Source of the DNA: Sedimentibacter sp.
GTDB lineage: Bacteria > Bacillota > Clostridia > Tissierellales > Sedimentibacteraceae
DNA length: 64,000 bases
Assembly (NCBI RefSeq): GCF_038562225.1
Contig: NZ_JBCFAS010000007.1
Span: 63,277-127,276, forward strand
Direction of reading: 5' to 3'
Part shown: piece by piece, positions 32,545-42,243 of the stretch
Numbering within the stretch: position 1 is the stretch's first letter
Layout: each line of letters opens with the position of its first letter
Notes under the pieces: model-generated
Database searches by the model: none
The model's input: only the letters and a program-made list of their open reading frames with translations
What the model was told of the DNA's origin: nothing
Made by a program: the position numbers and the translations under genes

Positions 32545-33939
32545 TTAGAACGGTCCCAGGTTAGTCAGCGTTGCATATGTAAGAATGATAATCACCCATA
32601 TCGACCATTTAACCACAAGCCAAAAAGAAAATTTGAACCATTTGCTGAATGAAACTCCTGCCAATCCAAGAGATGCCATAAGGATGGGGTGGGTGGGGGT
32701 AATCATATTCCAGAAACCGTCACCGGATTGGAATGCAAGAACTGCAGTCTGTCTTGACACTCCTATCAGGTCGCTAAGCGAGGACATGATAGGCATTACA
32801 ACAACTGCCTGCCCTGATGAGGAAGGTATCAGGAAATTGACAAAGCCTTGTGAAAGGTACATGCCCCATGCGGCAAAAATGTTGTTCATGCTTGACAGAG
32901 GAATGGACATCCAGTATATCATGGTGTCCGCTATGTTGCCTTCTTCCATCACAACCAGTATTGCCCTGGACAGAGAAACCAATATGGCAGCTACAGCAAT
33001 ATCCTTTGTTCCAACCATAAACTCATTTATACATTCTTCAAGATTGCCTTTGAAATAAATCAGTCCTATGACTATGCCCATGAGCATGAAGAGCCCAGCT
33101 ATGTCGGTGAAATACCACTCATATTTCAAAACGCCGAATACCAGCACGATGATTGTAACAATGAGAATGACAAGTATTAATCTGTCGGTGCTGTTGACAG
33201 GTCTTTCCTCGGCAAACTGAATTTCGTGAGAGCCTATTTCGCCAAGTCTGGATTTCTTATATTTGTTGCCATACCTCAAGGTGTGTTCAATTGCAATGGC
33301 CAGTGCTCCTATACCCAGGACAGTCCTGATGCCTATGCCTGAGAACAGAGGGAGCTGGCATATGCCCTGTGCAACTCCGGTGTTAAATGGGTTCAGTGGA
33401 CCGGCTGAATATCCGCTGTAAAGTGCAACCACTACCATGGAAACACCTACAATCGGGTCATAGCCCATCTTAATTGCAATGGGAACCAATATGGTTACAA
33501 AGGGTATGACTTCTTCGCCCATGCCGTAAGACATGCCGCCTGCAGCGAAAGCTGTCATGATAATAATAATCAAGATATTTTCCCTGCCTTGGAACTTTTT
33601 GATCAAGCTACCCAGTGCAGCAGTAATGGCTCCGGTTTTTGTGAGTATACCGAATACTCCGCCAACTACGAATATAAAAGACATTATTTCCGTTGCGCCT
33701 ACCATTCCTCTGTATACAGACGACAGTAATGACATGAAGCCTACAGGGGTTTGATCCATATAAGCAAATGTTCCCGGAACTACAAGTGTCCTGCCAGTTG
33801 CTTCATCAACTGCCCTTTGAAAGCGGCCGGCAGGTACAATGTAAGTAAGCATTGCCATGATCAATATTATCAGTACGAGCAGTGTTGCTGTTTCCGGAAG
33901 CCGGAGCTTAAATGATTTTACTTTTTTTTCATCCACCAT
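32545..33939 (-). CDS. YfcC family membrane transporter
   Basis: LTYIVPAG, GMGEE, NPFNTGVAQ, IPSSSGQA, GDGFWNMITPT. Confidence 0.88.
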   Translation of the reverse strand: MVDEKKVKSFKLRLPETATLLVLIILIMAMLTYIVPAGRFQRAVDEATGRTLVVPGTFAYMDQTPVGFMSLLSSVYRGMVGATEIMSFIFVVGGVFGILTKTGAITAALGSLIKKFQGRENILIIIIMTAFAAGGMSYGMGEEVIPFVTILVPIAIKMGYDPIVGVSMVVVALYSGYSAGPLNPFNTGVAQGICQLPLFSGIGIRTVLGIGALAIAIEHTLRYGNKYKKSRLGEIGSHEIQFAEERPVNSTDRLILVILIVTIIVLVFGVLKYEWYFTDIAGLFMLMGIVIGLIYFKGNLEECINEFMVGTKDIAVAAILVSLSRAILVVMEEGNIADTMIYWMSIPLSSMNNIFAAWGMYLSQGFVNFLIPSSSGQAVVVMPIMSSLSDLIGVSRQTAVLAFQSGDGFWNMITPTHPILMASLGLAGVSFSKWFKFSFWLVVKWSIWVIIILTYATLTNLGPF

Positions 33940-33971
33940 GTTTTTCTCCTTTTAGTTTTTTCTTTGGTATT

Positions 33972-33988
33972 AGCAATAAATGTGCCAA
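33972..33988 (-). promoter_or_regulatory. Sigma-54 (-24/-12) promoter
   Basis: Minus strand TTGGCAC-ATTTA-TTGCT upstream of the YfcC gene; operon adjoins a bEBP gene. Confidence 0.88.
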
Positions 33989-34036
33989 GGATAAGGTTGC
34001 TGATTTTCAACGTTTTTGCTGCACTCAGCACAAAAA

Positions 34037-34139
34037 ATTCCTAAAATGAGAATAATGAAGCAATATAATTGTCATTTTGACAATATAAGGGGCTGGAATC
34101 CGATTATAGGCGGCAAGGAAACATTGTCAAATTGACAAT
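34037..34139. promoter_or_regulatory. Upstream activator sequences for the bEBP
   Basis: ATTGTCA-N3-TGACAAT at 34068-34084 and 34123-34139; degenerate ATTCCTA-N3-TGAGAAT at 34037-34053. Confidence 0.7.
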
Positions 34140-34142
34140 ATG

Positions 34143-34165
34143 AAAGAGCCCCGATTTGGGGCTCT
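34143..34165 (-). terminator. Intrinsic terminator
   Basis: AGAGCCCC/GGGGCTCT stem after the 34195 stop; short T-run. Confidence 0.55.
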
Positions 34166-34194
34166 ATGCGCTGAAGCATATTTATTTTTCTTTG

Positions 34195-35562
34195 TCACAG
34201 TATTATCATTGAAATCAGCATCGCTGCTGCTATGCCGCACAATACGGGGATAAGGTTCTTTCTTGCCAGGTCCTGGGGGTTAACGTTGCATATGGCGGCA
34301 ACGGGTATAACTGCCCAGGGTATTACGGTTCCGCCGTCAAACCAAACGGTGACAATCTGGCCCAGCGCAGCAAGTCCTGCCATGTTGATGTCGATGAAGT
34401 TTGAGAAGGTGTATGCCAGCGTGCCGACAATCGGAAGTCCTGAGAATCCGGATCCGTCAAGACCTGTGATTATGGCAACTGCAGTCTGGGTTAATATGGT
34501 TGAAAATTTAGTCATCTGCACGCTTTCAGAAAGGAATATGCTTATGTCGTTAAGAATGCCCGGAGCGCCTTCACCGAACACTGCAGTAGCGCCTCCCTGA
34601 TTTCCAAGGAAGAAGAAGCCTCCTATGAAAATTACAGGAGCAAATACTGTTATTCCAAAAGCGAAGCCCTTCTTGATGAAGTCAACGGTAAGTTCAAATC
34701 CGTCCTTGATGCTGAAGCTGGTCAGCACTGTCACAAGCATTATGATGATGGCTGTGCCGCCCACAAGGGCTGTGGCGTCGCCGCCTGCCAGGTCCATTTT
34801 AAGCATTGCTGCAATGTCGAATATGAATGCCAGAGGCGTGAATATTGCAATAGCCTTTGCTGCTCTTCCAAGAGGCTTCGGCTCTGCTTGTTCAAGATTT
34901 TCAACATTAAGGTTTTCAAGGGAGTTTTTCTTCATATCCCTTTTCATCATGAAAAAGGCTACTGCCACCGTGACAACTGACATAGTGATCCAGATGGGAA
35001 TGGATGCAGATATGATTTCCGTTACGTCTATTCCTGCACCGGCTGCAGTGATGGTTGGGGCGCCCTGGATGAAGAAGTCGCTGGAAAGGGCGATTCCGTG
35101 ACCGAACAGGTTCATGGCTACGGCTGCGTAGATTGCAGGAAGGCCAACCTTCATGGCTGCAGGAAGCAAAACTGCACCAACCAGCGGAACTGCCGGGCTG
35201 GGCCATACAAGCCAGGAAATGACCATCATGGTAAGGCCTATTCCCCAGAAAGCCATTGTCTGATTGACCATAACCTTTTTAATGGGGGACATTATGAGTA
35301 CGTCTGCCCCTATTTCCTGCAGAGCTTTTGACATTGCCACTACAAGTGATATAATTACAATAATACTCCAAAATTCATTTCCTGCGTAAATGAGGGTGTT
35401 GAATATTGACTGCACAGCAACCACAACGCTGCCGGAATACAGGTATCCCATTGCAAATATACCTATGATGCAGGGGATAACTATGTCTTTTTTCATGAGC
35501 ATGATAGCCAGAATGATGACCACCATCGCCATGTACAAGTAGTGCATCGATGTTAAAACCAT
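34195..35562 (-). CDS. Uncharacterised multi-pass membrane protein, probable secondary transporter
   Basis: About 12-13 hydrophobic segments; WPSPAVPLVGA, GLDGSGFSGLP motifs. Confidence 0.65.
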   Translation of the reverse strand: MVLTSMHYLYMAMVVIILAIMLMKKDIVIPCIIGIFAMGYLYSGSVVVAVQSIFNTLIYAGNEFWSIIVIISLVVAMSKALQEIGADVLIMSPIKKVMVNQTMAFWGIGLTMMVISWLVWPSPAVPLVGAVLLPAAMKVGLPAIYAAVAMNLFGHGIALSSDFFIQGAPTITAAGAGIDVTEIISASIPIWITMSVVTVAVAFFMMKRDMKKNSLENLNVENLEQAEPKPLGRAAKAIAIFTPLAFIFDIAAMLKMDLAGGDATALVGGTAIIIMLVTVLTSFSIKDGFELTVDFIKKGFAFGITVFAPVIFIGGFFFLGNQGGATAVFGEGAPGILNDISIFLSESVQMTKFSTILTQTAVAIITGLDGSGFSGLPIVGTLAYTFSNFIDINMAGLAALGQIVTVWFDGGTVIPWAVIPVAAICNVNPQDLARKNLIPVLCGIAAAMLISMIIL

Positions 35563-35580
35563 AATAAACCTCCTTGAATT

Positions 35581-36645
35581 TTATGTATGACGTGAAATCA
35601 TGCTGTCAAACAACTGGTTTACACCGTTAAAATCCATGCTGTTTACATAGAAAACTTCAAGGAGCTCATGGGCCTTCTTGGCGGCAGACAGTTTCTCAAG
35701 GGCATTTTTAACCAGCAGGTCCTGCAGGTGAAGGTTGTTTTCGATTTCTGAAATTCTTGTCTTGAGATTTTCTGTGTCCATTGCCTGGTGAAGGTCGAAC
35801 ACCTGATCGTAGCCCATGCTCATGCGGTTTTCAGCGCTTATGATCATGAGGTTCTTGCTGGGAATGAGGATGTGCTGGAGCTTGTCGGGTTCAAGGGGCC
35901 TGAAGAAGCATTCGGTGTCGCAGCCCTTTTTTATTGCTTCTTCTGCAATGTTGAAGAGAAACTTTGAATTGCAGTTTGAGTTTTCTCCCACGACTGCCCA
36001 GATTTTTCTGCCGGAGCTAAGTGACTGCGTGTGGCTCACATATCCGTTTGCGGTGTAGGCTTCCGAAAAAAGCTTTCTCATTTTTCCGGGTTTGGCTGAT
36101 GGTTCATCGCTGCCAAAGAGCTGATTTGTGGAAAGATTCTTTAAATCTGTGAAATGATTCTGATCGATGTGCTGGTCGTAGATGGAATTGATTTCCTCGG
36201 AAATAATGCCTGCTGCTTCAAGAAATCTGTAGGCGCTTTTGTAAAAGGCTGATATGTTTTGTTTGAGCTGTGTTATCTGCATCCTGTGCTTTTCAAGCCT
36301 TGTGCTGTCCAGGAAAATACCCAGATTCAAAATCTCGTCAACAGCGCCGGGAAGGACAGGATCGACGGTGTGCGGTGCTGTGCCGTCCATGAGAGCAATT
36401 TTTATCTCGGGTATGACAACCGCGTCAAGGCTTTCGTTGTCGCTGGAGCAGTGGATGTATTCTGCCGAGTGGCCCTTCTCAAGCATTCCGGCAGCAAATT
36501 TTTTCATGAATGTGCTTTTTCCTACACCCGGGCCGCCTTTTAAGATGTAGATTCGCTTTGCCTCGTCAGTTTTTATGATGTTGTCAAAGTAGCTGAAAAA
36601 GCCGTGGGCGGTGTTGCTGCCGGCAAAAAAGTGCTTTTCTTTCAA
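35581..36645 (-). CDS. PRK06851-family P-loop ATPase
   Basis: FFAGSNTAHGFFSY, KGGPGVGKST, HCSSDNESLD, DGTAPH; second P-loop degenerate; TTG 36645 after AAGGGGG. Confidence 0.8.
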   Translation of the reverse strand: MKEKHFFAGSNTAHGFFSYFDNIIKTDEAKRIYILKGGPGVGKSTFMKKFAAGMLEKGHSAEYIHCSSDNESLDAVVIPEIKIALMDGTAPHTVDPVLPGAVDEILNLGIFLDSTRLEKHRMQITQLKQNISAFYKSAYRFLEAAGIISEEINSIYDQHIDQNHFTDLKNLSTNQLFGSDEPSAKPGKMRKLFSEAYTANGYVSHTQSLSSGRKIWAVVGENSNCNSKFLFNIAEEAIKKGCDTECFFRPLEPDKLQHILIPSKNLMIISAENRMSMGYDQVFDLHQAMDTENLKTRISEIENNLHLQDLLVKNALEKLSAAKKAHELLEVFYVNSMDFNGVNQLFDSMISRHT

Positions 36646-36675
36646 ATTAAAACCCCCTTGCATAGACTAATGGTG

Positions 36676-36702
36676 TATTATATGAATGATATATAATTAT
36701 GT
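36676..36702 (-). promoter_or_regulatory. Sporulation sigma-K/E type promoter
   Basis: Minus strand AC-N16-CATA-TAA-TA. Confidence 0.5.
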
Positions 36703-36725
36703 TAAAGCAAAATAGGGTCGGAAAC

Positions 36726-36833
36726 AAAAAAGAAACCAGGATTCCTGGTTTCCATTGCCTTAATTTTAATGGAGGGGATAAGGCAATTATATAATTCCGT
36801 CTGTAGAAATTGTTTCGATTGACAAACTAATTT
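36726..36833 (-). ncRNA. Candidate small RNA of about 108 nt
   Basis: TGTGcTATATT extended -10 (36850-36840), hairpin with CCCCTCC loop, terminator GAAACCAGG/CCTGGTTTC plus T-run; no ORF of meaningful length. Confidence 0.45.
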
Positions 36834-37038
36834 TTCAGTAATATAGCACAAAAGCCAATATGTAGATTAACATAATTAATAGACGTTGTATGTGCAGTTG
36901 CATATATAATCGTACGGGATGCTATCGGACATAATGGCAAATATCATAATTATTGGAGCAATTTATTGGATAAATGCATACTCATGGACACGCTTATTTA
37001 ATATATAATAATTAAAAAATATAAAGAAGGATTTGAAG

Positions 37039-38109
37039 ATGAAAATTTCAAGAGATAACGGAATTTACGCTGTGTACGGAGGGCTTTTCCTGGGCGGAGG
37101 CGGAGGTGGCTCTTTGCAGGAAGGAATTGATGCTTTGGAGGAAGCCTTAAAGCATAGTGAATCTATTTGCTTTGCCCCTTTGTCCCAGTTTGAGGATGAT
37201 GATGCTGTCATAACCGCATCCATGGTGGGAGCTCCTTCATCCAGGGAGAAGCATGTGGTTGCAGAGCACTGGAAGAAAGCTTTAAAGCTGTTTGAAGCCA
37301 AATCTGATAAGAAAATCAAGGGAATAATCACAAATGAAAACGGAGGCACATCCACTACCAACGGCTGGATTTTGTCATCCCTTACTAATATACCCATGAT
37401 AGACGCTCCATGCAACGGAAGGGCACATCCTACGGGAACCATGGGAAGCATGGGGCTCACTGAAATCGAAGGGTTCGTCACAGTCCAGGCTGCTGCAGGG
37501 GGCAGAGGCAGCAGAAACATTGAACTAATAGCTGAAGGAAGCATCTCTTCAACCTCCAGGCTGGTGAGACAGGCTGCTGTTGAAGCAGGAGGATTGGCAT
37601 GTGTTCTGAGAAACCCTGTACAGAAATCATATGTACAGCAGCATGGAGCAGTGGGAGCCATAGGGCAGGCAGTGGAAATAGGAGAAATAATTGTTGAAAA
37701 CAAGGGAGATGTGGAAGTTATTCTGAACAAGCTTTCAAATCTTGTTAATGCTGAAGTGCTCTGCAGGGGTACCGTAATCAGGTGCACTCTAACCTCAACA
37801 GGAGGATTTGACGTGGGAAGTCTTCTTATTGAAGAGGGCGGTACAACTTATGAAACAACATTCTGGAACGAATACATGACCGTTGATGCCGGGGGCGTAA
37901 GGCTGGCAACTTTCCCGGACCTCATAGCGACCCTTGACGCCAAAACAGGTGTTCCTGTTACAAGCGCAGAGATAGGCGAAGATATGGACGTTGTCCTTGT
38001 GAAAGTGCCCAGGAGCAACATAAAGCTCGGAGGAGGAATGTTCCAGAAATCCTTGTTTGAGGAAGCAGAGAAAGTGACGGGAAAGGAACTTATAAAGTAT
38101 AGTTTTTAG
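37039..38109 (+). CDS. DUF917 family protein
   Basis: GGLFLGGGGGG, GAP, ENGG, DAPCNGRAHP, NEY, FPDLI; start ATG 37039 or TTG 37033. Confidence 0.85.
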   Translation: MKISRDNGIYAVYGGLFLGGGGGGSLQEGIDALEEALKHSESICFAPLSQFEDDDAVITASMVGAPSSREKHVVAEHWKKALKLFEAKSDKKIKGIITNENGGTSTTNGWILSSLTNIPMIDAPCNGRAHPTGTMGSMGLTEIEGFVTVQAAAGGRGSRNIELIAEGSISSTSRLVRQAAVEAGGLACVLRNPVQKSYVQQHGAVGAIGQAVEIGEIIVENKGDVEVILNKLSNLVNAEVLCRGTVIRCTLTSTGGFDVGSLLIEEGGTTYETTFWNEYMTVDAGGVRLATFPDLIATLDAKTGVPVTSAEIGEDMDVVLVKVPRSNIKLGGGMFQKSLFEEAEKVTGKELIKYSF

Positions 38110-38117
38110 GAGGATAG

Positions 38118-39626
38118 ATGGAAAAAATACAGATTACATTAACTGTGGAAGAATCAAAGGAACTGATAGCATTGGCAGTGGTTGAGCACAGGGATTTAAA
38201 GCAGGCGCTGGACTGCGGCAAAGTCTTGCTCAAGGGAGGAACCACGGTATCAAGAATAAGTGAAAAGATAACAGGAATCCCTCTGAGGATTTCCGGAAGA
38301 GTGACCGAAAGAGGAACAGTGGCAGCAATGAAAGATGCAAAACATCCTCATTCCATAATGATTGAGAACAAAAACTTTGAAAATGTAGACAGCAGGTTCA
38401 GAGAAAACATATGCTCCATGGGCGGGGGAGATGTAATAGTGATTTCTGCCAATGCCATAGATGCCTTCGGCAATGCGGCAGTAATGGCAGGAAGCCCGGG
38501 AGGCGGAGACATAGGAAATGCGCTGGGAGGATTCTATTCCGAAGGTGCCAAGGTGATCATTCCTGCAGGCATTGAGAAGATGGTTCCGGGAAATCTCACA
38601 GAGACCATAAAGGAGACGGGAAGGAAGAACAAGAGTTTTTCATATGGCATGTCCGTAGGCTTGTTTCCCATAGCAGGTGAAGTGATAACTGAAATCGAGG
38701 CACTTAAAATTCTCTGCAGCGGAGTGGAAGTATATGCCATGGGTTCAGGAGGACTCAAGGGAGCTAACGGAGCTGTTACTCTTGAAATCCAGGGAAGCAG
38801 GGAAAGTCTTGATGAAGCCGTAAAAATATTCAAACAGATAAAGTCAACAGCCATTAATGTTTCTGGATTTCCTGATTCGCTGAGGGAATGCTCGTTTCCA
38901 TCCGAAAGGTGCGCAAGCCATATTGGCTGCTGCTACAAATCCAGGGACATGAGTGATAACAAAAAAACAAAAATTGGGTTCGTTACAATAGGACAATCTC
39001 CCCGGACGGACGTGACCAGGGATATATTCCCTCTTCTGTCTAAGAATTTTGAGATAACAGAAGCAGGAGCCCTGGATGCTTTCACCTATGAGGAGATATG
39101 CAGGGACTTCGCACCGAAGGAAGACGATGATGTGCTTGTGACCAAAATGAGGGACGGTTCCCAGGTGGTGATTGCCGAAAAGTACATTCTCGGACTTCTT
39201 CAGAATGCAATAACCAATCTGGAAAATGAAAAAAACGATATAATAGTAATGCTTTGTACAGGAAAGTTTCCTGAGTTTGAACATAAAAACATACTGCTTA
39301 CACCGCAGAAGATGCTTCAGGACATAGCAAAGAGCTTTGCCAAGGGCAAGAAGATCGGGCTCATCATACCTGATGAGAGCCAGAAACCGCAAATCAGGCA
39401 TTGGTGGGGAGACGTTGATCTGGAAATAGTTGCTGCTTCACCCTACAGGGATTTCGAAAACATCAATTATGCCGCTGAGCACCTGAAATCCATGAATGTG
39501 GATGTGGTTTTCATGGACTGCATGGGATATACGGCAGCCATGAAAGACACCGTAAAAAGAATAACCGGCAAGAAAGTGTTCCTCCCCAGGACATTGGTTG
39601 CAAGGGTGCTCAACGAACTGGAATAA
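38118..39626 (+). CDS. Fusion protein: uncharacterised N-terminal domain with a Cys cluster + C-terminal AroM family domain
   Basis: KGGTT, ANAID, GIEK, GSGG; C-x6-C-x5-CC; then VTIGQSPRTD, LVTKMRDG, LCTG, ASPY, DCMGY. Confidence 0.75.
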   Translation: MEKIQITLTVEESKELIALAVVEHRDLKQALDCGKVLLKGGTTVSRISEKITGIPLRISGRVTERGTVAAMKDAKHPHSIMIENKNFENVDSRFRENICSMGGGDVIVISANAIDAFGNAAVMAGSPGGGDIGNALGGFYSEGAKVIIPAGIEKMVPGNLTETIKETGRKNKSFSYGMSVGLFPIAGEVITEIEALKILCSGVEVYAMGSGGLKGANGAVTLEIQGSRESLDEAVKIFKQIKSTAINVSGFPDSLRECSFPSERCASHIGCCYKSRDMSDNKKTKIGFVTIGQSPRTDVTRDIFPLLSKNFEITEAGALDAFTYEEICRDFAPKEDDDVLVTKMRDGSQVVIAEKYILGLLQNAITNLENEKNDIIVMLCTGKFPEFEHKNILLTPQKMLQDIAKSFAKGKKIGLIIPDESQKPQIRHWWGDVDLEIVAASPYRDFENINYAAEHLKSMNVDVVFMDCMGYTAAMKDTVKRITGKKVFLPRTLVARVLNELE

Positions 39627-39664
39627 AAAAGAAGCTGGCGAAGATTATTCTTCGGCCAGCTTTT
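39625..39664. terminator. Terminator between convergent genes
   Basis: AAGCTGGC-GAAGA/TCTTC-GCCAGCTT stem with A and T runs. Confidence 0.6.
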
Positions 39665-41090
39665 CCAATATTTTAAGAAGCAGTACCCACACGTTTTTTA
39701 TTGACTGAACTGAAGCATGTTCATTTGGTGTGTGAACTTCAAACAGATCAGGCCCCATGGAGATTATGTCAGCATTTTTGAGCTTGCTGTCGAAGTAGCC
39801 GCACTCCAGGCCCGCATGAATTGCAGTCAGTCTTGCTTTTTTTTCGAAGATCTCTTCGTACATTCTGACGGCAAGGTCTCTGAGATGCGAATCCTGTTTG
39901 TATTCCCATTGGGGATAGTCATTGAAAAACTCACACTTTGCTCCGTAAAGTTCTGCTACCACCCTGATAGTGTCGGCTACATTGTACTTCTGGCTTTCGA
40001 CGGAGCTTCTAATTGAGCTCAGTATTGAAATGTAATGTTCGCTTTCTTCAAGAGAACCCACGTTTACCGATGTCTGCACCAGTCCGGGAATTGCATAGCT
40101 CTTGTTCATAACTCCATATGGAATAAGCATAAGTGTGTTGATAATCTTTTTTTTCACATCACCGGTGTATGCATTTATAGTTCCGCTGCTTACGGGAGCT
40201 GCTGAAAAGCATTCGATTTTTATGGTATCTGTGAACTGCAGTTCCTTTTTGAAGGATGCTTCTACTTCCTTTATTTTATTTGTTACTGTCCCGGTCATTT
40301 CGTCAGGAACTGCCAGAAGAACAGATGCGCTGCTGGAAATTGCATTGGCCTTTCCCGGGCACTGCAGGGAAACCATGCTTATTTCAGGGCTGTCAATGCT
40401 GTATAGGAGCCTTCCCATAAGTTTAATGGCGTTTCCTCTTTCCCTGTCTATTTCAATTCCCGAGTGACCGCCCTTAAGACCGGATATATTGACTGAAAGA
40501 AGCGTCCTGCACTCAATCTCTTCCTTTTCCACTGGAATGAGAACATTATTCCTGACACCTCCGGCACAGCTTGTGAAAAAGACCCCTTCCTCTTCCGAAT
40601 CAAGATTTATGAGATATTTTCCCTTTAAGCTGTCAGTGTTTAGGGCGTTGGCGCCTGCCAGACCGCCTTCTTCCTGCGTGGTGATTATCACTTCCAGATG
40701 GGGATGCTTTATTTCATCTGAATCCAGTATGGCCAGGCAGTAAGCCAGAGCTATTCCGTTGTCTCCTCCGAGGGTTGTTTTGTCTGATGCATACACATAC
40801 CCATCCCTTTCAACGATTTCTATTCCGTTTTCATAAACATGACTGCTGTCGGGAGATTTTTCATAAACCATGTCCATGTGTCCCTGAAGAATTACTGTGG
40901 GTCCAGAATAATTTTCAATGTTTGATTTCTTTTTGATTATCACGTTCAGCAGCTGGTCCCGGTGAACCTCAAGATTTCTTTTTTGGGCGAAGTCAACCAG
41001 ATAATCGCTGATTTGCTTTTCCTTTGTCGTCTCCCGTGGAATTTTTGATATTTCTCTGAAATATATAAAAACGTTGTCTATACTGTTCAT
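39645..41090 (-). CDS. pepD: Aminoacyl-histidine dipeptidase (M20C)
   Basis: LQGHMDMV, TTLGGDNG, TQEEGG, NLDSEE, GGHSG, IHAGLECG, HTPNE. Confidence 0.92.
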   Translation of the reverse strand: MNSIDNVFIYFREISKIPRETTKEKQISDYLVDFAQKRNLEVHRDQLLNVIIKKKSNIENYSGPTVILQGHMDMVYEKSPDSSHVYENGIEIVERDGYVYASDKTTLGGDNGIALAYCLAILDSDEIKHPHLEVIITTQEEGGLAGANALNTDSLKGKYLINLDSEEEGVFFTSCAGGVRNNVLIPVEKEEIECRTLLSVNISGLKGGHSGIEIDRERGNAIKLMGRLLYSIDSPEISMVSLQCPGKANAISSSASVLLAVPDEMTGTVTNKIKEVEASFKKELQFTDTIKIECFSAAPVSSGTINAYTGDVKKKIINTLMLIPYGVMNKSYAIPGLVQTSVNVGSLEESEHYISILSSIRSSVESQKYNVADTIRVVAELYGAKCEFFNDYPQWEYKQDSHLRDLAVRMYEEIFEKKARLTAIHAGLECGYFDSKLKNADIISMGPDLFEVHTPNEHASVQSIKNVWVLLLKILEKLAEE

Positions 41091-41162
41091 AATTCACACC
41101 CTTTCGGTAAAATAGCAAAGGATCTTTTCTGATCACCTTTGCTATTTTATTCTATATCAAAT

Positions 41163-42227
41163 TTAATATCCGGCAACGCCAAGTTTTTTGCATAAGGCAG
41201 CAACTTCAGGATGAACGTACTTGCCGTCGATTTCCAGAGGGTTTCCGTCCAGAATGATGGAAGGCTTGGAAACCACTCCGTCTGTGTGTGATGCGGCAGT
41301 CCAGAACTTGCCCATTATGGCCCTTCCCTGACTTCCTATGCCGAATTCCATGCATCCGAATATTCTCTCATCCTCCACAATTCTGCCGGTTGCCTTTGTT
41401 ACGCCAGGATTGAATCCCAGAGAGTAGTGAGCCAGTCTGTACATGTTTGGGTCGTTGAAGCTGTCAAGCCAGTTTTTGAAGACTTCTGCGTCCTTGCCGC
41501 CTTCAATTTTGGTTACGACGCCTTCCTCGAAGGTTATGACTACGTTGCCTGACAGGATTCCCAGCTGTGTAGGCGGGAACAATGCAGCGTCGAAAACAAG
41601 AGTTCCGTTTATTGTTTCTTCTATGGGACACCAGCTTATCTGACCGCCAAGCATGATCGGATAGCCCTTCTGAGTGGCCAGCTGTCCCGAGTGCCTTATT
41701 TTTCTGCCCTTGTTGTAAGCCTTTAGGTTTGTTCCGTTCTTATCCTGAATGATGACTTCATCAGCCTCATAGAGTATTCTTTTTATGGTTTCCCCAAGCT
41801 CCACCATGGTCATGTAATCAACCTTGCCTATGGTGTTTGTCATCATGGTAACGTCCATGCCTGTGAGGTTTATGTACCTGCAGCCGTTTTGCATGGCTTT
41901 TTGAAATGACTCGCAAAGCATGATGGATGAATAGGCAAATTCAATCCACACATCCGAGCAGGCCACGGCGTTGCCTATGGGTTTAACCGGTTCGGCATAA
42001 AGCTTGGTTGATGTGGGGTAGTATATGATGACAGGATTTCCTCCCACCGTGTATACTGCATTGGCCGTGGCCTCCACAACCCTTCTGTCCGAAGAAGAAT
42101 CTCCCGTTATTACTACATTTTCTCCTTCCTTAACAAGCATTACGTCCTTTACCAGCGTGTAAGCTGATTTGCTCAGTTCAAAACTTAAATAGTCCTGAGA
42201 CATTTCAATTCCTATTGGATATTCCAT
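41163..42227 (-). CDS. M29/aminopeptidase-T-fold protein, paralog 2
   Basis: GGQISWCP, NGTLVFD, LAHYSLGFNP, EDER, HTDG. Confidence 0.75.
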   Translation of the reverse strand: MEYPIGIEMSQDYLSFELSKSAYTLVKDVMLVKEGENVVITGDSSSDRRVVEATANAVYTVGGNPVIIYYPTSTKLYAEPVKPIGNAVACSDVWIEFAYSSIMLCESFQKAMQNGCRYINLTGMDVTMMTNTIGKVDYMTMVELGETIKRILYEADEVIIQDKNGTNLKAYNKGRKIRHSGQLATQKGYPIMLGGQISWCPIEETINGTLVFDAALFPPTQLGILSGNVVITFEEGVVTKIEGGKDAEVFKNWLDSFNDPNMYRLAHYSLGFNPGVTKATGRIVEDERIFGCMEFGIGSQGRAIMGKFWTAASHTDGVVSKPSIILDGNPLEIDGKYVHPEVAALCKKLGVAGY

Positions 42228-42243
42228 TTGATTCCTCCTGATT

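Noticed and set aside
36790-36830. TTTCTAC resembling a purine riboswitch core
   Set aside because: P2/P3 loops and other conserved nucleotides absent; sRNA reading fits better
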